Source of the DNA: Octopus vulgaris
Taxonomy: Eukaryota
Direction of reading: 5' to 3'
DNA: 64,000 nucleotides
NCBI GenBank assembly: GCA_951406725.2
Contig: OX597815.1
Coordinates: 44,268,001-44,332,000 of the forward strand
The notes under the pieces are model-generated. The model did no database searches. It had not been told where the DNA came from and saw only the letters and a list, made by a program, of their open reading frames with translations. A program made the translations under genes and the position numbers. Positions within the stretch are counted from its first letter, which is position 1. Each line of letters begins with the position of its first letter. Positions 12,715-24,718 of the stretch are shown here, in pieces.

Positions 12715-13907
12715 CGAGGTTAGGCTGAAAAGTTCATAGGCTGACTATGAAGGAGTGATCTAGAGCTGTGAAATCTTGCATGTGTTATTTTCAACTTTTC
12801 TTATTGATAACTGCATTGTTTCTTTCCATATAAAATGATAGTTGACTGCTCAAAGACCACTATAAAAGTAACTAGTAGCAAACTTCTTTTCAAAATGGAC
12901 AAAATTCGTCATGGTGTTGTAATGAAGTATCTGCAGTAAAAGGCTTTAGACCCCAACGGCATTCATGCTGACACCGTCGATATAATAGGAGATGACGCTC
13001 CAGCTTTAGCTACAGGCAGCTGAATTTAGGAGGGAATGGAGAGTGTTGGAAATGACACAAGGTTGACGTCCTACAACTGTACCACCTAGGAAAACATTGA
13101 TTGTGTTCACCACATGCTGGTAGATGACAGGCGATTGAGTATAAATCAAATAGCTAATGTCATTAGCATATTCCGTGAGAGAATTGAGCACATTCTGCTC
13201 AATGACCTTGGCATGACGAAGGTTTCTGCTTGGTGGGAGCCACTTCTTTTGAGACCTGATGAAAAGCGCGCCAAGTTGAGCACATCACAGGAAAATATGA
13301 CATTGTTTGAGACAGATGAAGCCGGTTTCCTTGAACGTCTCTAAGCCAGGGTGAGTGTTGGAATCATCAGCTGGAGCCCGGGACAAAGAGACACTCCATG
13401 AAGTAGAAACATCCCTCCTCCCCAGCTCCAAAGAATGCCAACGTTGTTTCATCTGCAAGGAAATGATAGCTTCAGTTTTGGGGTATACAAAAGACATTGG
13501 GTTTATTGACTTTCTTCAAAAGGGCCATACCGTCACTGGAGAGTACTATGCCAACTTGCCAAGGCAGTTACGAAGAGCTATCATGACCAAACTCTAGGAA
13601 AACTGACGAAGGGTTTCTTGTTTCATCAGGCAATGTTCCAGCACATAAGTCCTCCGTTTCAATGACTGCTGTGCGTGATGTGACTTTGAACTGGTTGATC
13701 GCCCTCCTTTTTCCTCTGAACATGAAAAAGCTTTTGCTGGGAACCAATATCGCAGTCATTATCATGTCATGTCTGCTGTTGTTATCCAAATACTGTAACA
13801 CCCATGGAAGGAGCGTGTAGGCTGCAAGGGGGACTATGTTGAAATATAAACCTCATTCGGTCTCATTCTACGACAGTATCCTGGTAAACCTATAAACTCG
13901 ACCCTCG
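12715..13907 (+). mobile_element. Near full-length dead mariner element
   Basis: Ends cgaggttaggctgaaaagttcatagg and cctataaact..accctcg. Transposase from ATG 12895 with DRRLSINQIA, KVSAWWEP, DFLQKGHTVTGEYYANL and FHQ.N.PAH motifs. Confidence 0.92.
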
Positions 13908-13927
13908 TGTGCGTATGTGTGTGTGCA

Positions 13928-14033
<106 letters not shown>

Positions 14034-14852
14034 GTGTATATATATACACACATTGGGGTAACTGAATGGTAAGAAATGTGCTTCTCAACCACATCGTATT
14101 GGGTTTAGTCTCACCGCGTGGCACCTTCGGCAACTGTCATCTACTTTAGCCCCTAGCCGACTAAAGCCTTGTCAGTGGATTTGGTAAATAGAAACTGAAA
14201 ACGCCGTCGTATATATACATTTATCAAGTAATGGAACGCAACACACTCCGCATTTGTACTAACAAGTTTTTTATATACCAGTGAGATTCTCTCTTCCCCC
14301 ACTCTCTCTCACACACACACACACTTGCCTTCATTCTTTCTCCTTTCCTTTCTCTCACTTTTATTCTAGCCTTTCTACTTATTCCTTTTCTCTCTCTCCC
14401 TCTTGTATTTCTTGCCTTTCTCCTTCCCCTTCATCCCTTTCTTTTTTTTGCTCTGTTGCTGCTTTTTCTTACTCTCTTTCTTCTCTGCCTGGTGCTGTCA
14501 CTTGACCAGCAGCCGGTTCCCCTTTTTCTACCTTTCTGGCACTGGTTCCGTAGCTGACCAGTCGTAATTCACTGTTTCTCTGTCCTCCATCCTTCAAGAC
14601 ATTTTCTAAGCGTTACCCACTATTCTCGTCTCCTTGGCCCCAAGGCCGTATTTTATTCATACTTGTCCACCGTCCTACAATCACTGTGTGTCGTTTTGTT
14701 TGTTTGTTTTGTTTGCTCTTGTCCTTAATTCTCCTAACTTAGCATCTTGGCGAATGGGACTAATAGAGTAAGTATCAGGTTTTACAAAAGAAAAAAAAAC
14801 AAACAAATACTGAGGTCAAATCATTCAAATAAAATCCTTCAATGCAGTGCCC

Positions 14853-15574
14853 GGGTCTAGTTGGTTTGGCTGCCAGCATTTGAGAAATTAAAGTTTATCG
14901 AAAATTTTAAAATTTGACACATTAATATATTTTTCTAAGCTGAATTGCTGGAGTTATAAAGGTTTAAAGTTTAATCATTTCACCCAGTCTGTAAATAGGA
15001 TTTAGAGTCTGTCATTTTGTGCGTGATTGCATGTGTTGCAACATTCTGAAAATAGCACGTTTTTATATGAAACTGTAAACAAATCAAATTCTGCTTAACG
15101 TATGGCATGTAACCTCTCATAACTTTTTTAAATTTTGGAATTTTAAGAAAATTTTTGTGAATTTGTACTCTACACGCGGGAATTCATACGATTATGCAAG
15201 AAAAATTTTTAATGGAGAGCGGGGCGTGATTTGAGGCCTATTTAGCTGTTATTTTTAGCATATCTCACGACCAGGATACAAGCAACAGAGCACAGCGTCA
15301 ATGTACGTGGCATCGCGTAGAATATGTGCTTTCTCGCAGACAAAAGAATTCTCATGTTTGGCTTGTTAGAAATGGAAACAGTCATGAATGTATCTGTGGC
15401 TTACGATTGGCTAAAATTTCCCAAAATTTTCAAAACTTAATTGCTACTATCTCTATTGATTTATAACGAAAATGATTTTCACGTCATTCATTAGCCTATA
15501 AAAGTGTATCATTACACTGAATATAAAATCAGTTCGAACAGAAAATGATGCTAGCAACCAAACCAATTAGATCC
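14853..15574. mobile_element. 722-bp non-autonomous DNA transposon with GG termini and 8-bp TSD (possibly Merlin), inserted in a SINE A tail
   Basis: TIRs gggtctagttggtttggctgccagcat / atgctagcaaccaaaccaattagatcc. TSD cagtgccc at 14845-14852 and 15575-15582. Confidence 0.85.
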
Positions 15575-15625
15575 CAGTGCCCCAGCTTGGCCGCCATCAA
15601 ATGACTGAAACATAAAAGTTTAACG

Positions 15626-15656
<31 letters not shown>

Positions 15657-16143
15657 TACACATTTACAGACACTCATGCATACATATATCACAAACACAC
15701 ACACACGTACACACAATAGTACAGAATATATCTAATATTGTAACGATAAATATAAAAACAAAATCGAGCACGTGGTTGTAGTAAATCAGCATCAGAGGAT
15801 AGTAGTCATGTGAAATGATATATTTCAATAGCAGAATAAAGGCGGGAAAGTATTCGTAGTATGTAAAGTATCAGTTAAAGTGTCAAGCCTAGTAATAAGG
15901 AGTATAATACATGGCTATAAACTGTTGTACATGTCACTATATGATGAAGGCCAGTGACTGCTGTAGCATGTAGCCTTAAATCTCATGCTGGCTTATACAT
16001 GCTTCTCTGTATGTGTATTTGCGCATGTGTGTATATACACACATACATACACACACACCCACACACACATACATATATATATATATGTGTGTGTGTGTGT
16101 GTTTATAGGTAGATAGATACATACGTACACATATGTATGTGTC

Positions 16144-16184
<41 letters not shown>

Positions 16185-16367
16185 GTATATATATTTATAT
16201 TATGTATATATAGTCATACACACACACACACACACACACAAACACATGTACATACACACATGGTCAAATCGAAGAAAACTTTAAGGTAGCTATCCGTCTA
16301 TATATCTATCCAACTGCCTGTCTATCATCTCTCTCTCTCTCTCTATGTATGCATATGTATGTATATA

Positions 16368-16415
<48 letters not shown>

Positions 16416-16449
16416 AAATTACTCCAAATTATATAGATAGATAGATAGT

Positions 16450-16655
16450 CTGTATCTGTGTTTGTCCACCTGCCATCGTTTGATAACCGATGGTGGTGTG
16501 TTTACGTCCCCGTAACTTAGCGGTTCGGCAAAAGACACCGATAGAATAAGTACTAGGCTTACAAAGAATAAGTCCTGGGGTCGATTTGCTCGACTTAAAG
16601 CGGTGCTCCAGCATGGCCGCAGTCAAATGACTGAAACAAGTAAAAGATTAAAAAT
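16450..16655 (+). mobile_element. SINE family A, 3' half
   Basis: Near identical to 20880-21075. Confidence 0.9.
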
Positions 16656-16832
16656 AGAGTATATATATATATATATACACATACACATACACACACATAC
16701 ACACACACACACTCACATACATTCACAGATGTGTGTGTGTATGTGATGGAATATCCCGTTTGAATACAATGTATGAGCTGTTCAGCTTTTGCTAAAGGGT
16801 CTGTATGTAAGTATATATGTATGTATAATCAT

Positions 16833-16879
<47 letters not shown>

Positions 16880-17778
16880 GGCAAAATTAATAGAGGTCAC
16901 AATAATGACAGATGGTACTGACTAGCACCGTTTTCGCTAAAAATAAGAGGTATATGTGTGTGTGTGTGCGTGTGTGTGTGTATGTCTGTGTGTCTGTGTA
17001 TGTGTCTCTGTGTGTATACATAGATGTATGACGTATGTATTTATGTATGAGCATGTATTTGTGTTAGTCCTTATCACATCGCATGACAACTGGTGTTTGC
17101 TTTCTTTACGGCCCCGTAACGTAACGGTTCGACAAATACGATCGACAACACAACTACCACGATCGATTTGTTCGACTAAACGGCTTCAAGGCCACAGTCC
17201 AACGACTGAGACAAGCAGAAAATGAAGCTCGCATCGTCGATACCGACGTTGATCCGCTTCTCATTCTCTCTCTCTCTTTCTCTCTCTGTTTTCTCGTTTT
17301 TTATAAAGATAACCCAATTATTTTACATGCTTTGAAGATGACAGCACACATGGACATGTTCTATCTACGTTTATCTCTGTTTTGCTTATTTTTCTTTATT
17401 TGGTTATACTACTCTTGTCTTTATTCTTTTTTATTCTAGTTCACTTGGTGAGCAATCGTCTATTGAAATTGTATTTTACAAAAGACGCACACAAAAAGTG
17501 AAAAGAAATATAAAAAAACCAGTCGAGGGCTATTGAAGTTGTAATGGGCGGACCTGGCCGAAAACGGTACTGTCTCTCTCTCTCACACAAACATGCACAC
17601 ATACAGAGATTCGTACACACACACAGAGGTACATACACAAACGTATACACATAGAGAGACACATACACACGCATACGAGTATAACAACAGAGAGAGTGTA
17701 TCAAAAAGACAAAAAGAAAAACAACCATATAGACAGACAAAAAGAGAAATAGAAAGACGGATGTAAAAGGATTGAGAC

Positions 17779-17809
<31 letters not shown>

Positions 17810-17843
17810 ACTATTGAGTGAAGGAGAAACGGGGAGGAAAGGA

Positions 17844-17926
17844 AAGTGAATTTATGTAAATGTGAAAGCAGAAATTCCCACACCTATAATAAATTTTCGC
17901 GGCAAAATTCGGTGGACGACCACGTG
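17844..17926. promoter_or_regulatory. Candidate cis-regulatory module, copy 1 (PAR-bZIP/D-box-like, E2F-like, E-box)
   Basis: AAGTGAAT-TTATGTAA (17844-17859), TTTTCGCGGCAAAA (17894-17907), CACGTG (17921-17926). Same motif order at 21404-21474. Confidence 0.35.
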
Positions 17927-18033
17927 CTTTCTGCTTATATTTTGTTTTTATTTCGGTTGTGGAAAAAAACATTTTATATTTAACTATCTTTTCATAGAGA
18001 TAATTAAATATATGAGGTGGGGTGCTCTCTCTT

Positions 18034-18140
<107 letters not shown>

Positions 18141-18427
18141 ATAGAAAGAGAGACAGAGAGATATGTATATGTATATATATATTTTTTATGATTCAATCAT
18201 TTGTCAGCAGCAATGATGGAGCACAGCCTTCAACGGTTTTAATCGAAGGGATCGACCCTAGGAAACCCAATACGTATTCTATCGTATCCTGTTGTCGAAC
18301 AGCTAGGTTACGGGTCATAAACGCACCAACATTGGTTGTCAAGCGATGGTGCGGGGATAACACAGACACGATGACACACACACACACACACACATACATG
18401 TATGTATGTATGTATGTATGTATGTAT

Positions 18428-18850
18428 GTTAGTTAGTTAGTTAGTTAATTTTTTGGCTCAAAAAGCAAAAAGCAAGGCCATGTAGGGGGACATGGAGTTA
18501 TGTACAGGGTGGTGTTCATGTAAAGAGTTCAGGCCACTTGAGGTCAAAGGAGACTTTGAACCGAGCGGTCGTCGGCATCTTCACCATCTCGTCTGGCAGC
18601 TTATTCCACGGATCCGCAACCCACACGGAGAAAGCCCCTCTCCTTCGATTGAGATGAAATCGTCGCAGATAGAGCTTTTCGGAATGACCCCGCAGCCGAC
18701 GCTCTGTAGCAGGAGTGAAGAACAGCTCTTTCGAGAGGTTACACATTCCGCTTATGATGTTGTGAGCAAGAATGAGATCTCCACGGCGTCGTCGTTTTTC
18801 TAGAGAATAAAGGTCGAGCGTCTTCAGCCTTTCTTCATAAGACAAATTCT
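18428..18850 (-). mobile_element. CR1 LINE 3' end with (AACT)n tail
   Basis: [42 protein letters not shown] is the classic CR1 ORF2 C-terminus; short 3' UTR and tetranucleotide tail. Confidence 0.95.
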
Positions 18851-19064
18851 TATGTATGTATGTATGTATGTATGTATGTATGTATGTATGTATGTATGTA
18901 TGTATGTATGTGTGTGTGTATGTATGTATGTATGTATGTATGTATGTATGTATGTATGTGTGTGTGTATGTATGTATGTATGTATGTATGTATGTATATG
19001 TATATATATATATGTATGTATATATATATTATATATATAATATAATTAATATATATATGCATAT

Positions 19065-19139
<75 letters not shown>

Positions 19140-19144
19140 CATAT

Positions 19145-19780
19145 AAAAGTAAATAAATGGCACAACGAAGCACCGATATTTACTGGAAAATAGCGAACGT
19201 AATAAATACGACGCTAATGTATAGCTTCACTGCGTATGTACTAGTAAAGATGCGTGTGTGCAACAAACATGAAAAAAATTGTCTTACCTCTAGGAAGAAC
19301 ATCTGAAAAATGAAAAACCTAGAAACGGATAATGCAGTAAACAGTAAACGGCATGAAATACGAAAACAAATCAGTTGAATACACAAACAACGAGAGAAAC
19401 AAATGGAAAACAGGACAAGTAACATAAAGAACGACCCTTCATCACTTGTCAGTTGTCTTTCTACTCCTCATTTCGAGCATCGAACGACAACATGAGTCTT
19501 CGAAGGCAGTTGCTCCAGCAAATACCAAAATAAAACTTGGGATTTATGGAGGGTCAAAGTTGGGAACAAAAACGACTCTCCACGTTTATTTTCGTTCGGT
19601 TTCCTTGTATGTCTCCACTGTCCTGTTTTTGTTCCCAACATTGACCTTCCATAAATCCCAAATTTTATTTTGGTATTTGTGGGAGCAACTGCCTTCGAAG
19701 ACTCATATTGTCGTTCGATGCTCGAAATGAGGAGTAGAAAGCCACTGATAACTGATGAAGGGTAATTTTTTATGTTACTT
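19145..19780. mobile_element. Penelope-like repeat with inverted terminal duplication
   Basis: Inverted arms of about 157 bp at 19417-19573 and 19625-19780, each carrying a hammerhead-like motif. Confidence 0.7.
19702..19764 (+). ncRNA. Reverse-order hammerhead-like ribozyme motif (AUA site), intact core
   Basis: CUCAU-A-UUGUCG / UGCUC-GAAA-UGAG / UGAUAA-CUGAUGA-A-GGGUA. All three helices pair (5, 6 and 5 bp including G-U). Confidence 0.7.
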
Positions 19781-19899
19781 TGATTGGCAACCATCCAGGT
19801 ATCTACTGATATGCACTTTTCAAGGATTTCAAGAATGCTTTGTCTAACGGCTGCATCTTCTGGGTGCAATGAGGTGGCAGAGTTGTGAGTTCAATCTCA

Positions 19900-20370
19900 T
19901 TTGAACGAGCGTATTAAACAGCTGCAAGGGTTTTGTGGCTATGATGACCATCCAGTATTATTATGTGCTGTTCTGCTTGTGACAGTTTCGCTATGGCAGT
20001 GAAGTGTCTCACCCATTTTAGGAAGCTTTCTTCGTCAGTCCAGCTGCTTTTAGTGAAATGACTAGTTGCCCCAGCTGGTGCGTTATTCATAAGAGCATCT
20101 ACCATACGTTTCCTAGGAAATATGAACATCAGAGGTGTGTAAGCTCCAGCGGCATTTGTAGTACATATGACAGTTACTGTCTTTCCTTTTTTTCGACTGG
20201 TCATTTTACCTTTGGTGGTAATATTTGCAGGCTTCTGAGCATTGGATACTCCTGTCTCGTTCATGTTCCAGACTTGCATAGGACCATAGTGGTTGCTGCT
20301 TAGCACGCAATTGGAGGCATCGAAAAACTTCTCAACTTGATGTTTGTTAAATCCAGCTGCCCTGGAGTTG
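19900..20370 (-). mobile_element. pogo/Tigger-type (DDE_1, CENP-B-like) transposase fragment
   Basis: RAAGFNK..V..FF, VWNMNETG, TVTVICTTNAAG..P.MFIFPRKR, F.KW..HF and IILDGHHSH motifs. Confidence 0.9.
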
Positions 20371-20664
20371 ATGTGATCGATTCATCACCTAGCATTATTA
20401 AATGGCATTTGGAGACAACGAACATGCAGAATCGTTATCATACCGGACAAAATGCTTAGCGACATTTCTTCGGACTTTTCATCCTGTATTCAAAAGCTGC
20501 TGAGTTTGGCATTGACTTTCAATCTTTCAGGGTTGACAAAATACGTAATAGTTGAACACTGGGTTCGATGTAACCGATTCATCCCCTATCCCAAAATTGC
20601 TGCCCTTGTGGCAAAATTTTACACCATTATTATTAGTATTATTATATTTTAAAAATAAATATAT

Positions 20665-21080
20665 GTAGGAGTGGTTGTGTGGTAAGTAGCTTGCTTACCA
20701 ACCACATGCTTCCGAGTTCAGTCCCACTGCGTGGCACCTTGGGCAAGTGTCTTCTACTGTAGCCTCGGGCCGACCAAAGCCTTGTGAGTGGATTTGGTCG
20801 ACGGAAACTGAAAGAAGCCCGTCGTATATATGTATATATGTATATATGTATATGTGTGTGTATATATGTTTGTATGTCTGTGTTTGTCCCCCCAACATCG
20901 CTTGAAAACCGATGCTGGTGTGTTTACCTCCCCGTAACTTAGCGGTTCGGCAAAAGAGACCGATAGAATAAGTACTAGGCTCACAAAGAATAAGTTCTGT
21001 GGTCGATTTGCTCGACTAAAGGCGGTGCTCCAGCATGGCCACAGTCAAATGACTGAAACAAGTAAAAGATTAAAAGAGAG
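20665..21080 (+). mobile_element. SINE family A, full length (reference copy)
   Basis: tRNA-like head (tggttgtgtggt / gagttcagtccc), CORE-like block, internal TA/TG microsatellite, LINE-derived tail. Further copies or fragments near 297, 1935, 6850, 14060, 17050, 18190, 29710, 30220, 31900, 43955, 54400, 56800, 57560, 59660 and 63560. Confidence 0.92.
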
Positions 21081-21403
21081 TATACAATTATTTTACATAT
21101 TCAAAACATGAAGTCTCCTTATTACAGTTGTTTTTTTCTAGTTCAATTGATGTGCAACCATGCATTGAATAAGTGAGTTTTTTTTTTTTAAACAACAACA
21201 TAAACAAAATATCAAGGATTGTAGACGCACTAATGTGAGGGATAACGACTATGCAGTCGCAAACAAACACACGCACGCACATACACCTACAAACATGTAC
21301 GCACACGAACATACGTAGAGGGACAAAGAGAATTTGTGTGGGAATGTATGTGTGTGAGAGAGAGAGAGAGAGTTATGAGGGAGACGGCAAGACATTCCCA
21401 TTT

Positions 21404-21474
21404 AAGTGAATTTACGTAAGACATCATTCTTCTTTTATAGTTTACGCGGCAAAAATTTACTTGTGGGCCACGTG
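21404..21474. promoter_or_regulatory. Candidate cis-regulatory module, copy 2
   Basis: AAGTGAAT-TTACGTAA, TTTACGCGGCAAAA and CCACGTG in the same order as copy 1. Confidence 0.35.
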
Positions 21475-21762
21475 TTTCGGCAATGAAGTAAAAAAATATA
21501 TAAAAAACAGAGGTGAGGTTATGCAATTCACCTATCCCTTCATAGTAATTGTTAATCGTATTGGTGTTTTTGCTGTTGTGATTATTGTTATTGTGGTTAT
21601 TCTTCTTTGGACTTATTACGATAGTGAGACTAATTTCACTATCAAATGCAAACGGTGTGTGCGTGTATATGTTGTGTTTATGTGTATGTGTGTGAGCGTG
21701 TGTGTGTGTGTGAGTGAGTGTGCGTGTGTATGAGAATGTGTGTGTGTGTGTGTGTGTGTGTA

Positions 21763-21945
21763 GTAAAGAAATAGGTATTTCGTCTGTCTTTACGTTCTGA
21801 GTTCAAATTCCGTCGAGGTTGGCTTTGCCTTTCATCTTTTCGGGGTCAATAAATTGAGTACCAGCTGCGTACTGGGGTCGATCTAATCGTCTGTCCTCCT
21901 CCTCCAAAATTTCGGGTCTTGTGCCTTTAGCAGAAAAAAGATTAT
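21763..21945 (+). mobile_element. SINE family B, second-unit fragment
   Basis: Starts with the aaagaaata|ggtatttcgtc junction. Other family B copies near 2680(-), 20420, 23390(-), 24975(-), 30114(-), 45960(-) and 46343. Confidence 0.8.
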
Positions 21946-22374
21946 AAAGTAAATATAAAACGTCTGCAGTTTACGAGGAATCGATAATATATCTTTCTAA
22001 CCAACTTAATGTAGGTACCTTGTTAGAATGCCGAATACTGTGTTGCCAGTATTATGTAGAGGATATTTGTAAAGATGTAATTAATGAAAATATAGTGTCA
22101 TATTCTTGCTTGTGAATCCATGAGCCCATGCTAAAAAACAGTTCTATGTTGTGGTAATTAGAGCTCAGGATATTGGGTCTATCCTACTTTATAATATTGT
22201 CCTGGGTATGTCTTTAAACCACATCTGGAAGTTAGGCTCTCGTTCGGAAGTTTCAGGCATTTGGGGAGTGTGGAACCACCTCTTTGCCACTGTTGTTCCC
22301 AGGTCTGTTATGACCCAGGGTAGTAGCATTTGTCAGGGTCCTAGCAAAAGATTAACTAGCATATTAGGACTTAC

Positions 22375-22553
22375 CGATGCATGTGAAGACTGGATCCGGC
22401 GGACTCTGTGGAAGATTCTTGATGGTTCGACAGAGAGGAAGGTGGTGGCAACGACGCGTTGGGTAGTGCAAAGAGCAAGATGTGGCAATTAAGACATCCT
22501 GGTCGTCCGCTGCATCTGTCTCCATTCCTAGTCGTCTTGAACTGGCCTTGCCT
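22375..22553 (-). CDS. Candidate host exon, product unknown
   Basis: Unique, relatively GC-rich 179 nt. Bounded by a polypyrimidine tract plus ttccAG acceptor and a cg|GTAAGT donor. Two of three frames are open. No recognised domain. Confidence 0.45.
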
Positions 22554-22879
22554 CTGGAATATGTTCACAGATGAGAGAGAAGGGAGGGAGAGAGGGGGAG
22601 GGGAGAGAGAGAATGTCACTGTGCAAATCATCAATCATCGTGAGGGATGATTAAATAGTCCTTGTCGTTTCCGACAAGTGAACATGATCATTTACGGTTT
22701 CTTTTATTGTCGTGATACATATTTCGAACTTGTCTGATTGATTTGTTGATAGGTTGATTGATTGATTGATTGATTGATTGATTAATTGATTAAGTGCATG
22801 ATCAGTTTTAAAGCAATCTATGAAATTATATATAACTTATTCTGTTTAAAGAAAATCAGGAAAGGTAATAAAATGATTA

Positions 22880-23155
22880 AGTTTCTTGAGGATCTTTCAT
22901 GAGACTTTGAACTTAGCCCGGTTCCCATAGTGTATAAGTGACTGAAACTACGACACTCTCCACCACACTGAACAGGACGCCAGTCTGTTGCAGGGTTGAC
23001 TTCCCAGTTATTGCTGGAACTCCTTACAGCTGAGTGAACTGGAGCAACGTCATATGATATGTTCTGCTCAAGAATCCTGCTCAATTCGAAAATCGAAACT
23101 ACGATCTTACGATAGCGAATGTAAAACCTTAATCACTAGGCAACGCGCTTCCATT
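22880..23155 (-). mobile_element. Old tRNA-derived SINE family D (CORE-like plus V-like blocks)
   Basis: Shares acgttgctccagttcactcagctg with the copy at 57820-58062 (minus). Confidence 0.7.
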
Positions 23156-23684
23156 TAAGTTCCTTTGCTTCGTCAGAAGAATGCGTATGAAATAGATAAT
23201 CAATGCGGTTGTTGCTTAGTCCCTTCTCAGCAGAAAAAAATATTAGTAGTCATATGAAGGTATCTATCTATTCTACATGTGTCCTTTATTTAATGTAAGA
23301 TATTAGAGCAGTGGCTTTCAGACTAGCAAATACCAAACCCAACCCTAACTAAACATTAAAGAACTTTCTGAGCTCCTCCTATACATTGGTGTCAAATTTT
23401 GGCAAAAGCCAGCAAGTTCGGGGCAAGGGGTAAATCTATTGCCTCGATCCCCAGAGCTCAATTTGATCAACCCCGAAAGGATGAAAAACAAAATCGACCT
23501 TGACGGAATTTGAATTCAGAATGTAAAGACAGACGAAATGCAACTAAGCATTTTGTCTGACGTGTTTGCCCCACTTATATATTAATATTAAGGATGAAAA
23601 AGAGAGAAAAAGAAACAGATTTTCATCGATATAATTCTTCTTACGTTACTGTGGAGTTAGATATGCTAAAAAAGTTTTAAACCG

Positions 23685-23808
23685 GGAATATTCCTTGTAT
23701 TGTTTGTCTTGTACTCTGTTTTTTCGTTGTTAAAAAAAGTCCGTTTCCTAGTTTGTTTTTATGTTTTCGTTTCTCGTTGTGTTCTACATTTAATTGTGGT
23801 GTCCTGTA

Positions 23809-23863
<55 letters not shown>

Positions 23864-24115
23864 GTATATATGCATGTATATATATACATGTAGATGTAGG
23901 TACGTACATATATGTATGTATGCATATATTTTATTTATTAAATTATTATATGACTGAGCGCCCTCGCGTCGTTTGGTTTCTTTTCTCCAAGTAAGTTTTT
24001 AGATATAATTATGACGCGAACTCTGTAACCCTTTGCTTGACCTTTCCTTCCTTCTTTCCTGTCTGTCTTCCTCTTTGCCTGTGTCTCTCCTTATTTTTCA
24101 CTCTTTCTTGTTTCC

Positions 24116-24161
<46 letters not shown>

Positions 24162-24651
24162 TCCTCATCTCTCTCACTGCTGAATCGACTACCAACTTCC
24201 TTTCGTTCGCAGCTTTCTACAAGTCAACAACGACTTTTTCTTGCGCTCCGAATTTTTCCGTCGTCTAGGCTTAAAAAAAGCCCTCAATGTTGGTTTCATT
24301 GTCCTGTTTTTATTCTTTATGCGTACTGTATTTTAATTTGTATTGCTTTTACGTCCTGTTCTTGTCACATTTTTTTCTTTCCATTTTTTTCTTTCCTTGT
24401 TTTACCCCTCTGCAGAAGAATTTTATTTAATTATTTTGCAGGAAGGATTGGTACGACAGATCGTGTTCTGTCCTTACCTTCGAAACACGCATTGAGTCGA
24501 ACCAGGGACAGCTGATGAAGGGGAATATTTCTTGTATTGTTTGTCTTGTACTCTGTTTTTTCGTTGTTAAAATAAGTCCGTTTCCTAGTTTGTTTTTATA
24601 TTTTCGTTTCTCGTTGTGTTCTACGTTTAATTGGGGTGTCCTGTACTCATA

Positions 24652-24718
<67 letters not shown>

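Noticed and set aside
14220-14740. Pyrimidine-rich segment resembling the Penelope-like repeats
   Set aside because: No second copy in the window and no hammerhead core found.
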